Shown: in pieces, positions 28,891 to 39,570 of the stretch | How positions within the stretch are numbered: the stretch's first letter is position 1 | How the letters are laid out: every line of letters starts with the position of its first letter | Made by a program: the position numbers and the translations under genes | Notes under the pieces: model-generated | The model's input: the letters and a program-made list of their open reading frames with translations, nothing else | What the model was told of the DNA's origin: nothing | The model's database searches: none | Origin: Eledone cirrhosa | Taxonomy: Eukaryota | DNA length: 64,000 nucleotides | NCBI GenBank assembly: GCA_964016885.1 | Contig: OZ024750.1 | Coordinates: forward strand, 30,628,001 to 30,692,000 | Direction of reading: 5' to 3'

Positions 28891-30341
28891 CGAAGGAATT
28901 GTGGTAAGGAACCAGATGGACCATAACGCACCAGAGTACTCAATACTTAGGGTAGTAGAGTGGGAAATATAGGAAAAAGTATGATCCCGACGGCGGAGCT
29001 CAAGCCGTTTCGACGGCTATTTCTGGACGCAGTTTTTTGTAAAATATTCTTTGTTTCAAAATTTCAGAATCAATATACTAAAATATAGCTTAATTAATAT
29101 GTTGATGGATCTTCATCAGTTTCGATGATTAGTGTTCCAGTTGGTTGATAAATAGAACACCCTGCTAATTAAGTTAACGTGTATGTGACTGAGCATTCCT
29201 TAGACATGCGTGAGTTCAACGTAATTCTAAGGGAGATTCAGGTTGACAAGGGCAGCCCTTTGAATCAGAGCTACAGTCCATCTAACGCCTTCCACACAGT
29301 TCCCATCTTTCAAGTTTCACTCACAAGGAACAGAACTACCTGATTATGGAAAATTACACTTGCCTAAGATGCCCCGCAGTGGGATCGAACCAGGGGCCTA
29401 ATGATTGCGATTATTATTGTATATCCCAACTACGCACGCATTCAACAATATTATCTATGAAGAAATGGCTGAAAACTAGAACTTATTTCAAAACATCTAC
29501 TAATATAATAACCACGAGTATTTGTCCGTAACACAGTATAGATAACTGAGGAAGGAAGGGTGCGTTTGTGTGTTTGTATCAATTGTGTAAGTGAGCGCAG
29601 AGGAACCAGCCAACCAAGAAACAAACATCTCTTTTTTATATTATGTATAGATGTTACAATTAGCCGACATTTTTGACGGCACCGGGCCAGCTAGTATATT
29701 ATATTTCAACTGTGTGCAAAATTTATACTAAAGTGAAAATAGTTAAATTGAAAGTCAAAAGGGGGTTAGAATAAAAAAAAGGGTTTGGAATTATTTCCAT
29801 AGGTACAATATATAGTTATTCTCTATCATCAATTCTACAATTAGGCCCTGAATTGATTGGAAATTATTGAATAATAATAAATACAATTTCATTAATTGGT
29901 ATTGCTTACCTTGGCTATTGAACTGATATCTGTTAATTCTTAATTCTCCAATATTCCAGATACTTACGGAGATAACCTGTACCTATGTATGTTACAATGG
30001 ACTGTCAATAGACGCTAATGATCTTAACTTACTTGTATCTATGTATGTTACCTGTTGATGAACAAATCAACTGTCAATAGACTCTAAGGCTATTAACTTA
30101 CTTGTACTGATGTACGTTACCTGTTAATGAGGTGATGAGCTGTCAATAGACGCTAAAGATCTTAGTTTACCTCTACCTATGTATGTTACCTGTTAATGAA
30201 CTGATGGACTGTCAAACAGTAAGGTTCTTAGCTAACCTGTACCCATGTATGTTACCTGTTAATGAATATATTAACTGTCAATGAACCCTAAGGATCTTGG
30301 TTATAGATAAAGTGCAGAGTCATATATAATTAATACGAAAG

Positions 30342-30408
<67 letters not shown>

Positions 30409-33400
30409 ACAAAGTATTCTGTTAGATTAAATATTAAGAGAAATGGAAATTCAACTTACTTTTTATATGTACAGTCATTTGAGCTTTCTTTACTGACAAG
30501 TGTGTAGCCATTGATGAGTAAAAATGCACCGTCAGTACAAGTGGCATTTCTCGATATAATACTGTGTTCGGTGACATTACAGTATGATGCCCTGAAATAT
30601 AATAACAAATATATGAAATATATGAAATAAATAAACTAATAACAAGAAATTCAAACATAATAAAGAAACAATCCACAAGGTAGGTGACAGGTAGATGACA
30701 TTTAGAAAAGATTGAGTGAGGAGGAAAACAAGAAGTATTTTGAAGTATAGAAGTGACTGGAAGAAGGAAATAAAGAAAGGTGACGTACAAGAAAGTTCAC
30801 ACACACATCTTCACCCTCATCAGCTCTCAAACCAGCAAAATGGTTTGACACGATTCTCTGCCTACCACTGGCTGCTGTTCTCTGTCATCTGAGGCATTTT
30901 TGCTCATCACTGTCATTGACAGCATCTGGGTGTTTTAACAGTGGTTCTAGCGATGAGCTTTCTCATTTTTATATGAATTCAATTATACTCATGCTTCATC
31001 TCGATCAGAGATAACAATGTTTATTCATTATAATAAATATTATTATATTGATGTTCTACTGACAAATGAATTTATTTTAATATATCCAATCCAAATCATG
31101 CCCTTCTCACTCCTGTTGGAGGAACACCTCCTTGGTTGACCTCTACCACTTTCTGTTTGTGTTTGGTCATGTCAAGTGTGAGGCTATACTCACCACACTC
31201 GGCCAATTGCGGGTTGGTGAGGCTATTTAACCCATAGTTGAGATGGATTGCCGTTGATTCTGAGGAGTTCATCCACCCCTTTTAATAGCTCTTGTTTTTT
31301 TTGTGTGCTGCTGGGGTTCCACTTACCCTCCTCACTATTTAGTTATACTGTAGGGCTTGTATAACAGACCGACTAAATTATGTATAATCTTTGTTAGAAA
31401 ACAACGATAATAATTGTTTCTACTTTTTGGCACAAAGCCAGCAATTACCCAGTACATTACTGGTACTTTATTTTATCGACCCCGTAAGGATGAAAGGCAA
31501 AGTTAACCTCGGCGGGATTTGAACTCAGACGATAATAATTGTTTCTATTTTTGGCACAAGGCCAGCAATTACCCAGTACATTACTGGTACTTTATTTTAT
31601 CGACCCTGTAAGGATGAAAGGCAAAGTTAACCTCGGCGGAATTTGAACTCAGACCGTAAAGGGACGTAACTATGCTGGAAAGCATGGCATCCGACTCTCT
31701 ACCGATACTGCCAATTCACTTATTTTATCGACCCCGTAAAGATGACAGGCAAAGTTAACCTCGGCGGGATTTGAACTCATGATAATAATGACTCCCTTCT
31801 TCTGTATAATATGAATTATGTAAAGAAAGAAGACCATTGTTAATAATTTGTTTTGATCTACTTTATAGTTATGAAAATAATTTCAGTGATTAAAAACAAT
31901 TGCAAAGAAGCAACACTAACGCCAGTTAGTGTTGTAACTGAGAATAATTAGATATAGAGGTTAGAATATGGATGGGGCCCCAACTCAGCCCTTTATTTAT
32001 CAACATCAATATCAGGTTGGTATTGAGAAGAACCAGATATAGAGGTTAGAATATGGATGGGGCCCCAACTCAGCCCTTTATTTATCAACATCAATATCAG
32101 GTTGGTATTGAGAAGAACCAGATATAGAGGTTAGAATATGGTAAGGGGCCCAACCCAGCCCTTTATTAATAAACATCAATATCAGGTTGGTATTGAGAAG
32201 AACCAGATATAGAGGTTGGAATATGGTAAGGGGCCCAACTCAGCCTGTATTAACTCCCTTATTTCTCTTTCTTTCCCTAACAATAGCAGTAGCAGCAATG
32301 ATGATGATGACGATCGTGATGAAGATGACAACAATGATGGGGATTACAATGATGATGATGATGTTTCTAATATAGGCGCAAGGCAATACATCAGGGGGAA
32401 GAACATAGTCGATTATATCGACCCAGTTCTTGACTGGTACGTTATATTCTTGATGAAATCTTGGCGGGATTTCAACTAAGAATATAAAAATCCTTTAAAA
32501 ATACCGCAAAGCATTCTAATCATTGTCAACAACGATTTCTAATTTAGGCAAAAAAAAACCCCCAAAACTTTTGGGGAGAGGAGTGTCGATTAAATCAATC
32601 TCAGTGCATTACTGGTACTTTATTTATCGACTCAGTAAGGATGAAAGGCAAATATAATCTCGGCGGGATTTGAATTCAGAACGTAAAGGGCCGTAACTGT
32701 ATGCTGCAAAGCATATTGTCCGACACTTTACAGATACTGATAATGTCAATAATTGTTTCTACTTTAGGCACAAGGCCAGCAATTACCCAGTGCATTACTG
32801 GTACTTTATTTTATCGACCCCGTAAGGATGAAAGGCAAAGTCAACCTCGGCGGGATTTGAACTCAGATCGTAAAGGGACGTAACTATGCTGCAAAGCATG
32901 GCGTCCGACCCTCTACTGATACTGCCAATCCACCACTGATAATGACAATAATGATTCCTTTGTTTGACAGATGGGCATCGGATGAAGGAATGAAAGTTAC
33001 AGAAAATGGTAAAAGAGGATTACAGAAAATTGATTATAAGAAATCAGGCATGGAAATTCTCGCTTCTTCCGTGCTACCCTCCTACGCCAACACCACACAC
33101 GAAGCCACCACCCCGACTGTGCAAAACGGCTCCGTGGCCAAGTCAATCGGAAATTAATCGAGGGTGACCGGTCAGCTGCGGTGGGAGTGCTGGCCTCGAG
33201 TGACACAGTACTCCAGCCCACACCGAAGGTCCTGGGGTGACCATACAGTTGCGGTGGGGGTGCTGGCCTCGAGTGACACAGTACTCCAGCCCACACCGAA
33301 GGTCCTGGGGTGACCATACAGCTGCGGTGGGGGTGCTGGCCTCGAGTGACACAGTACTCCAGCCCATACCGAAGGTCCTGGGGTGACCATACAGTTGCGG

Positions 33401-36400
33401 TGGGGGTGCTGGCCTCGAGTGACACAGTACTCCAGCCCACACCGAAGGTCCTGGGGTGACCATACAGCTGCGGTGGGGGTGCTGGCCTCGAGTGACACAG
33501 TACGCCAGCCCATACCGAAGGTCCTGGGGTGACGATACAGTTGCGGTGGGGGTGTTGGCCTCGAGTGACACAGTACTCCAGCCCATACCGAAGGTCCTGG
33601 GGTGACGATACAGTTGCGGTGGGGGTGTTGGCCTCGAGTGACACAGTACTCCAGCCCACACCGAAGGTTCTGGCCGCTCTCCGCCTCAAGCAGCCGGACC
33701 CACCGGCTGCTGACATCAGAGACTTCCAGATCCCTGACAAGGTTGTTGTCTTGTCCGCATCTTCCGACGAGGATGTGTATAATGTCAATGGCTTTTCATG
33801 ACATTGTCAGATTTTGTATAAAATATTGTAATAAAATATCTTAATGCCGACAACAGTTTCAATCTTTCTTCGAGCTTTTCCTAATATTTTCCCAACTACG
33901 TTGTTTTCTAGGGCGGTGGATTGGCAGTATCGATAGAGGGTCGGACGCCATGCTTTGGCGCATAGAATTACGGCTCTTTCCATTCTGAGTTCAAATCCCG
34001 CCGAGGTCAACTTTGCCTTTCATCCTTACGGGTTCGATAAAATAAAGTACCAGTAATGTACTGGATAATTGCTGGCTTTGTGCCAAAAGTAGAGACAATT
34101 ATGTTGGCATAATTAAAGCGCTTTTGATCATAGTAGCTCTCCTCGATCATGGCTAACTTGGGGATAAATCAACTCACTAATTTACACAACATATCGTCTG
34201 TACAATTCTCTCCCGATACGACACACAGGCAGAATATTAAAATAACACAGGACAGAGAGCAACGAATTTACAACACTTACAAATTAAATGTAATATACTA
34301 CCCCTCCCCCTAATGCAGCGTACATCTCAATAGTAGAGAGGTACATTTGACAGTACAGTGGAAAATTACATAAAACACGTAATTATTGAAATGATTTGAT
34401 CATGTGACAACCACTTTATGCTAGAATTGTCAGAGAAAGGATAATTTGATACATTTCTCTCTACCTCACTCTCATGCATAGTTTAGGCAAGACATGTCCA
34501 CCATTTAGATGGTAGAACAGCGGCTATCTATATCTATTTACCTATGACTATCTCTGGACAATAAAAAAACATCTACGTACGTATCTACTCCCACCTCTCT
34601 CTCTTTCTCTCATCACACACACACACACATATATACATACATATATATATGTATACGTACCTATCAATCTATCTTAATTATTTCATTAAGATTGTATTTG
34701 TAATATAACTCAACTAAAATTCAAATTAGATTAGAAAATTTTAATTTATATAATGGGTGAGTTTGTATCAAAAAGTTTAAAACACTCACGAAATCTCCTA
34801 TGAGATGCAACTTTATAGGGAGTTGGGTAAACTTAGGTAGGTGTAAGCCATAAAAATAACAACAAAATTCGCATAACCCCATAACCCGTGTCCTTAACTG
34901 CAGCTTATTGCTGAATAGAAAATGTAGAGATTTTGAGGAATTATGTACGTATTGAAAAGCACCCTACTTCTATTTCTCTACAATAAAAACACATAGAGGC
35001 CTGGACCAAGCATTACGCAAGATAAGTGCATGTTAAGGGCACAAAGAGAAGAAGGACACCATTATATTCATGCTAAGGGCACTGTTATATTCAAATTGTA
35101 TTTGTCATTCTAAAAAAAAGATTTTGCAGTCTTTATATATAAGGGTCACTATAATTTGTAAGTGATTAAGGCCTCAAAAGGATTCTCTCTCGCTTACACA
35201 TAAATACACACACTCTCACACAAATACACACTCTCTCAAATTCACACACATACAGATACACATTTCGACCATAGTTCTACGGCAGAATTCAGTTGTTTCG
35301 TTCACAAGTTTGAACACACCAGAAATTTTCTGATAAACTCAAACGTCTGAGCAAAATAGTTGAACTCTGCCGCGAACATAAGTTTCCAATGAACAGATAA
35401 ACTCTACACATAAATCTTAATTAACATGTATTGGGTAGTCCTATAATCTTGGTTATTGCTGGCACTCCTTTTCAGGGGGTTTAACCCTGCGATGGATTAG
35501 CATCCTGTCCAGGGGTACTCTCAGTCGCTTCAGGCCATGGAAACTGGGATAAATACCGGCCTGATGAGATTCCGAGCTTAACACAGACTATAATCTTGGT
35601 TTTCTTTATAACTAAGGTAGGAAGACATTCTTGACGGGGCGAGCAGACAGTAAGAGGATCTTCAGAGGAAGAACTCCCACCAAGCAAGCATTTCAGCCCT
35701 TGATTTCTCCTGACGTTCTAAGGGAGACGGGTCAATCCAGGTCATCACTCCTAGGTGTCCTGCTGCTTTTTCTCCTCCAGCGGGATATGAACTCGGGACC
35801 TTCCTGTGATCTTGTTTCCTATTCCTGTGGTTTACACCACTCAGCCACAAAGATCATTGATCGAACTAATACTTTACATCTATTTAAACAGCAATCAATG
35901 TTCACAACTTGATGTTTCCTATCTTAGTTCCAGTTGTCATTCCTTTTGGACCATGGCCAGCAGTCTAACGTTTAATTGTTGTTAAGAATACAGTTGTATT
36001 AACCGAATACATATGCGGAGTTTGTTTCTTCGAAGGGCCCTCTGTTTTATTTTTCCCGTCTTCAGGGTATACTTTACCCAATGTTTTCAACTATTATTCA
36101 CAATGCTCAATTATTGTTATAGTTATTTACATTGAGACAACTACGTTTCAAATTTGTTTCTTTATTCATTAATTTCTTTATTAATCGGTTGTTCTGTTGA
36201 ATGGTTGCTCTGATAAATTAGAAAAGTTCGGCAATGTTGTTCCCCACAATTGTATATATGTTGACATGTTCCTCTTGTATGCGGTCCCAGAAACTCTTGG
36301 CAAGTGTACCGTCATTCTCCTTTGGAGAGTCATGCCTGTTTAGCATGTTCAGTAATGTTCTCAGCAATCTTTGTATTTTAAAATATTATGAAATATATAT

Positions 36401-37948
36401 ATTACATTTTTGGAATAAAACGAAAAGTTACTATAGATCATTTATCCTCTCATGTGGATTTTAAACTTTTAACCATATTTCTATAACAGCAGCGAACTTC
36501 CTTATAAAATAATAATTATTTTAAAATGATGTAAAGTAAAAAAAAAGTCGCCAATGTCTTGTTTCTTGGCAATACTTCAAGACTTTATCCGCAAGAACAG
36601 CAAATACTTCATTTCTAAACAGTTGATATTCTAGAAGGTACATACAGATGCAACACAAGAAGAGAACACTTTTAAGATATTTGGGATGATTCTAATACGA
36701 TACACAAACATTATGGATGGCATATCCACAAATACCAACTGAATAGTATACAAATATTTACTCACTATTTAGAAATAAATACTAGACTACCGATATACTA
36801 GTTTCATCTTGTCCCTTGTCTATTATACTGCATTCTACAGGGTTTTCTGTTCTAATACACTACGATGCTATGCATCTACGTTTATATTGATGAGCCAGTG
36901 AGGAAACATGGGCACGGTTGCTAAACCTACTAGAAATAGTAGCCAAATCACTCACATTTCCGTCTTAAAACAGGAAACACACAATAGACTAAGACTATGT
37001 AATCTTAGATACACAAAAAGATTGAATGGTCATGGCTGGAATGCCTTTTACGATAAGTTTTCTTGATCCAGACTGATCTTGTGTTAAATAACCACAGAAA
37101 TATCGTTATTGCGTCTCATCCAATAAACACCACAATGCATATTTCACCAACCTGCAGACCTCTATAACACATGTACTATTCATATACACGTGTCTCCTAT
37201 CAGTAACACCCTATAGACAACGATATCATCAGATGATCCTGTAAATGGTTAATATAAGAATTGCTGTATTATTTTTTAAGCCTGCAACGTTTCAGTTATT
37301 CTTATTACTCTGTAAACTATTTCTGTGAAGAGAAATTATTTCACCTTAACTGATCGCTAATTATATAATCAGAAAATATAGGATGTTTAAAAAAATTAGA
37401 TATCACGGCCGGTTGTCACATTAAAATATATATTGCGAGTGTCATAATATTGACAAATTTTGAGGAAGATATTTTATTTTACTCAACATTAAGCCTACCC
37501 AGTCTCATCAGACAGTGGTTTCTGATAAATTTACATCTCAAATGATATCTAATTTAAAAAAAGACATTCTGTATTATTACCCTAAATTATGATAGCTTCT
37601 AGATAAAATCAAAACTATGGGATAACATAAAAAAATGAACAGGCAAACGCTGTTTAATAAATAGGTTTAATAAAATAAATTTCGTTATTGACATAGATAA
37701 TTAATATCTGATTGATGTGTTAAATAATCTTTTAAAATATTTAGTCATGTTGAAAACACAACATAAATTATATGAATTTTGATTGAAGTAATGTTTTCAT
37801 AACTTCAAGCTATAAAAGAAAAGGAAAAAGCATACATTTCTAGAATTAATCGCAAAAGAAACAATTCTTACCGAGCAAAATATGAAGATCCCAGAATACA
37901 TATAAAACCCAGCCAAAATTTGGCTTGCATTGTAGCAGCCTTGTTCAT
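1017..37948 (-). CDS. Spliced gene, 5' part (13 exons, 1719 nt, 573 aa, 3'-incomplete): secreted VWD/C8/TIL protein of the VWF / gel-forming mucin / SCO-spondin / otogelin family with N-terminal EMI, EGF and TB-like modules
   Basis: Exons 37872-37948, 30460-30591, 25801-25862, 24817-24921, 18482-18652, 17942-18135, 11426-11522, 10213-10377, 8274-8353, 7087-7179, 4621-4783, 2073-2310, 1017-1158. All introns are GT-AG with matching phases and the joined frame has no stop. It contains the VWD motif [14 protein letters not shown], a TIL cysteine pattern and a second VWD start ([14 protein letters not shown]). Confidence 0.9.
2073..2310 (-). CDS. Exon 12: TIL domain and start of E (VWC-like) module
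   Basis: [18 protein letters not shown]...GCYCPDG...[16 protein letters not shown]...DCNNC; ttattag| and |gtaag. Confidence 0.95.
2367..2861. mobile_element. piggyBac-type MITE with nested insert; partial copy at 11687-11790
   Basis: TTAA|CCCTTTAGCATTTA ... TAAATGCTAAAGGG|TTAA. Confidence 0.8.
3170..3890. repeat. Minisatellite of alternating about 39/41-bp subunits
   Basis: caagctgtaaagaacta[ggtgttgtcttagaaacctagatgaacac | agttttgactaaccctagctcaacat] repeated. Confidence 0.9.
4621..4783 (-). CDS. Exon 11: C8-like domain (…[28 protein letters not shown])
   Basis: C..G..I.WR....C terminus of C8; tctcag| and |gtaatt; phase 0/1. Confidence 0.88.
5020..5522 (+). mobile_element. RTE-clade LINE 3' fragment, decayed
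   Basis: [24 protein letters not shown]...IQTAELRFL..., QLRYY.HVVRM, (GAA)n tail; related pieces at 1-60 and 41780-41940 (-). Confidence 0.8.
7087..7179 (-). CDS. Exon 10: linker / C8 start ([31 protein letters not shown])
   Basis: A...C..I pattern of C8 start; ttccag| and |gtaagt; phase 0/0. Confidence 0.82.
7263..7572. mobile_element. Tc1/mariner (Tigger-like) MITE
   Basis: TA|CAGTGGAACCTTGGTTCATGAAC ... GTTTGTGAACTGAGGTTCGACTG|TA. Confidence 0.75.
7560..7764. repeat. 34-bp tandem repeat, 6 copies
   Basis: tgaggttctactgtatttgttaaaacatgttgcc. Confidence 0.92.
8274..8353 (-). CDS. Exon 9: VWD1 end ([27 protein letters not shown])
   Basis: Completes NDF after GLCGNFD; ttgtag| and |gtaag. 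Confidence 0.88.
8398..9675. repeat. 28/31-bp minisatellite interrupted by a SINE
   Basis: ttactacagatatatta(atg)atatca.aca.c repeated about 35 times. Confidence 0.92.
10213..10377 (-). CDS. Exon 8: VWD1 with GLCGNFD motif
   Basis: [13 protein letters not shown]; tttcag| and |gtaagt; phase 1/1. Confidence 0.93.
11426..11522 (-). CDS. Exon 7: VWD1 ([32 protein letters not shown])
   Basis: ttgcag| and |gttagt; phase 0/1; beta-strand V.LN pattern of VWD. Confidence 0.85.
11862..12818. mobile_element. Long-TIR foldback element (213-bp arms 11862-12074 and 12606-12818, ACTAGA...TCTAGT ends)
   Basis: Arms appear identical by eye; AT-rich non-coding interior. Confidence 0.85.
12113..12200. mobile_element. 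88-bp hAT-like MITE nested in the foldback element
   Basis: CAGAGCTGCGGAG...CTCCGCAGCCCTG; flanks tataataa / tataatac (8-bp TSD, one mismatch). Confidence 0.7.
15800..16112. mobile_element. Degenerate Penelope-like remnant: endonuclease C-terminus-like fragment on minus, hammerhead-like motif (15975-16011) on plus, (CA)n on both sides
   Basis: CTGATGA a GGAC tagc GTCC GAAACGTT; minus-strand [10 protein letters not shown]...VDDG resembles the RK..EA..I...D.G end of PLE endonucleases. Confidence 0.55.
16610..16930 (+). mobile_element. Second tRNA-derived SINE type with CORE-like segment; related copies 1435-1560, 16120-16190, 24345-24690, 25052-25330, 35480-35590
   Basis: A/B boxes followed by ttgtgtccttgagcaagacactttatttcac. 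Confidence 0.75.
17130..17710 (-). mobile_element. CRE-type non-LTR retrotransposon fragment (restriction-like endonuclease), decayed
   Basis: Minus frame [12 protein letters not shown]....LEPAGLD*RDG...KRPDSITI....[14 protein letters not shown]...AA..A...KLSKY...LVAVE matches the RH/LEP/KRPDG/WD RLE signature. Confidence 0.75.
17942..18135 (-). CDS. Exon 6: VWD1 start ([18 protein letters not shown]...[10 protein letters not shown])
   Basis: Matches C......F.TFD start of VWD; ttccag| and |gtaagt; phase 1/0. Confidence 0.88.
18482..18652 (-). CDS. Exon 5: TB (TGF-beta-binding)-like module (FCFDTNKC...[21 protein letters not shown])
   Basis: CF...C...CC...GSWG...CxPC pattern; phase 1/1; ttgcag| and |gtatgt. 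Confidence 0.85.
18811..19319 (+). mobile_element. Non-autonomous Helitron with internal (GA)n
   Basis: A|TC 5' end, subterminal hairpin acgtgatccaacgggtcacgt, CTAG|T 3' end. Confidence 0.82.
19481..20069. repeat. 19-bp minisatellite, about 31 copies
   Basis: taatggctagaatatatgc with aggg/atgg variants. Confidence 0.95.
20301..21628. mobile_element. hAT (Charlie-like) element shell holding an RTE 3' end (20393-20547) and the Helitron
   Basis: CAGAGGTTCTCAAACT ... ACTTTGAGAACTAG; internal fragment ends in a (TGA)n tail. Confidence 0.5.
20961..21437 (+). mobile_element. Non-autonomous Helitron, second family
   Basis: A|TCTCTCTATATATAAAA start, cccg...cggg hairpin, CTAG|T end. Confidence 0.72.
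22773..23067. mobile_element. Imperfect foldback MITE with about 100-bp arms
   Basis: taacagataaaggatgattaacacggataagc...caattgattat versus ataatcaattgc...gcttatccgagttaatcatactttatccgtta. Confidence 0.7.
23073..23274 (+). repeat. Short foldback-plus-tail repeat ending in (TA)n; related copies at 15524-15646 (+) and 28889-29030 (-)
   Basis: 126-bp imperfect palindrome centred on ACGCGT, shared tail gagtactttggtgcgttatggtccacctggtt...ccttcgt in all three copies. Confidence 0.8.
23345..23874. mobile_element. Palindromic Penelope-derived remnant (about 190-bp arms, 23488-23874) with one-sided extension, between (TA)n tracts
   Basis: Inverted arms readable directly; intact hammerhead in left arm, mutated core (CCTTATAA) in right arm. 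Confidence 0.75.
23540..23597 (-). ncRNA. Type I hammerhead ribozyme, family C, palindromic stem III
   Basis: Minus strand ATAC CTGATGA tgtc ACCGG attca tac tgaac CCGGT catt GAA ATGATCAT A^ GTAT. Confidence 0.72.
24817..24921 (-). CDS. Exon 4: EGF-like domain ([31 protein letters not shown])
   Basis: Six-cysteine EGF spacing with CxNGGxC; phase 1/1; ttgcag| and |gtaggt. Confidence 0.92.
25801..25862 (-). CDS. Exon 3: EMI C-terminus ([21 protein letters not shown])
   Basis: CCxGW.G..C motif; atccag| acceptor, |gtaagt donor. Confidence 0.88.
25900..28018. repeat. (TA)n/(TACA)n microsatellite field in intron 2
   Basis: Direct reading; source of the YI-repeat ORFs. Confidence 0.95.
29960..30300. 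repeat. Degenerate about 68-bp tandem repeat
   Basis: tatgtatgttacctgtt.atga....actgtcaatagac.ctaa repeated 5 times. Confidence 0.75.
30460..30591 (-). CDS. Exon 2: EMI-like domain, N part ([21 protein letters not shown]...NDCTYKK)
   Basis: tttcag| acceptor, |gtaagt donor, phase 2/2, open frame. Confidence 0.8.
31950..32250. repeat. About 86-bp tandem repeat, 3.5 copies
   Basis: gatatagaggttagaatatgg...ggttggtattgagaagaacca repeated. Confidence 0.85.
33163..33670. repeat. GC-rich 73-bp tandem repeat, about 7 copies
   Basis: CTCGAG recurs at 33195, 33268, 33341 (period 73). Confidence 0.92.
37872..37948 (-). CDS. Exon 1: start codon and signal peptide ([26 protein letters not shown])
   Basis: Two in-frame ATGs (37948, 37930), hydrophobic core, A-R-A cleavage motif across the junction; donor CG|gtaag, phase 2 matches exon 2. 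Confidence 0.75.
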
Positions 37949-38024
37949 TTAATATGGAGACGTCTTTGCTTTTGTTTTTATTTGCTCAATAGATGGTCCA
38001 AATTTATCCCTGAAGAAGTCACTA

Positions 38025-38061
38025 TGCTGAGCAACAATGTCTTTAATTTAAGGTTTATATA
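38025..38061 (-). promoter_or_regulatory. Candidate TATA box (TATATAAA, 38054-38061) and Inr-like TCAGCA about 30 nt downstream
   Basis: Correct spacing and about 80 nt upstream of the exon 1 ATG; AT-rich background lowers certainty. Confidence 0.5.
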
Positions 38062-39232
38062 TACTACATATAACGCCTACTTAATTGATCTCATCGCATG
38101 TAACATGTTTGTCTTCAAATGTATTGGATATTTGTTAATCGACCGGAAGCACTCCTTTCTCTAAGATTAACTAAAATATGATTAGATAACAGAAGAAACA
38201 ATATAATTTTTTTTGTATAGTGTATTGTTATATATATTGAAATTTCGTCGAATATTCTTTTATTAAATGTGAATCTTATTATAAATATAACAATCATTAG
38301 ATTGTTGTTATAAAAGCATTATCGCATTGAATTAAATTATTGACTGAAACAACAGCTGGATTTTCAGCCTAAAAGATTCTTTTAAATCACAGATGTCGTT
38401 TGTTTGGTATTTATATTGATGATATAATCAATAAGACAAAATGGCCGACAAAAGTGAAATTTAATAAAATAATAATATAAAAGCTTTGGTACCAGTGAAC
38501 AGAAAATGAATAAGATTAGGTAATAAATCGGTATGAATAGAAAAATGAAACATCCGAATTTCTTTTTATCTAAATCAGTAATTCAGAACATTTTCGGTAC
38601 CAGGAGACCTTTCATTTAAATAAATTTCCTTACTGACACCAGGGTTATCAACTAACACAGCATTCGTTTTCTGTTTCATTTCTTTATTGAAATAAATTAA
38701 TAACTAAATATGTTATAAAATTAAAAACAAATATTGTTTAATGAGATGCTTGATGTTCCTTTGTTGATATCACTTTGTTGATGAAGGTTTATTGATGTTT
38801 TTTTTATTGATACTGTTTTGAACATCAGGTTCAAATGTAGATTGTTTAATGAGATGGCTGGTTCTGCTGTTTGGGATTATGTTTTGAATACCAGGTTCAA
38901 ATGTTGGTTCTGCTGTGTTGATACTATGTTTTGAAGATCAGGTTCAAATGTATGTGCTGCTGTGTTGAGACTATGTTTTAAACATCAGGTTCAAATGCTG
39001 ATTCTCCTTTGTTGATACTATATTTTGATTTGACATTATTGATACTATGTTTTAATTTGACATTGTTTATACTATGTTTTGAACATAAGGTTCAAATGTA
39101 GATTGTTTAATGAGATGGTTGGGTTTGCTGTGTGGATACTATGTTTTGATCACTAGGTTCAATTCCAAATTATTTCAAGTAGAGATAAGGGTCCATATTA
39201 ATCTAATCTCTGTATTTTGATTTTATATAAAA

Positions 39233-39570
39233 CTAGACCAGCTGTGACCCGTTGGGTCACGTTCACTTAGAAATATTTTTTTAAAATCATGTTCATTTAG
39301 AAATAATTTTTAAATAATTAAAATATATACAGACATGTATATAATGTAAAATGAAATTTTCAATCTACTCTCTCACAGCCATTATCTCTTTCTCTCTATC
39401 TTTCTCTATATATATTTATGAAGGTACTCGGAAAAACCTCGTATCTCGGGAACCCGTGTTCCGATTTACGCGAAACTTGTTTTATTTCATTTGTATTCCC
39501 CGAAATTTTGAGAAATTGGGTAAGTTTAAAAATTTGAAATGTATTTATTTTTATTATGGAAAACTATTGT
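39233..39570 (-). mobile_element. Second copy of the same Helitron family, 5' truncated or decayed
   Basis: Reverse complement of 18920-19319 including hairpin gtgacccgttgggtcac and A|CTAG. Confidence 0.78.

Noticed and set aside
29900-29970. Extra exon suggested by minus-strand donor-like sites in intron 2
   Set aside because: The frame needed to join exon 3 at the 29910 donor has a stop, and exons 2 and 3 already join in phase.
33163-33670. 73-bp array and other tandem arrays as CRISPR-like or coding repeats
   Set aside because: No unique spacers, eukaryotic context, and the period is not a multiple of three.
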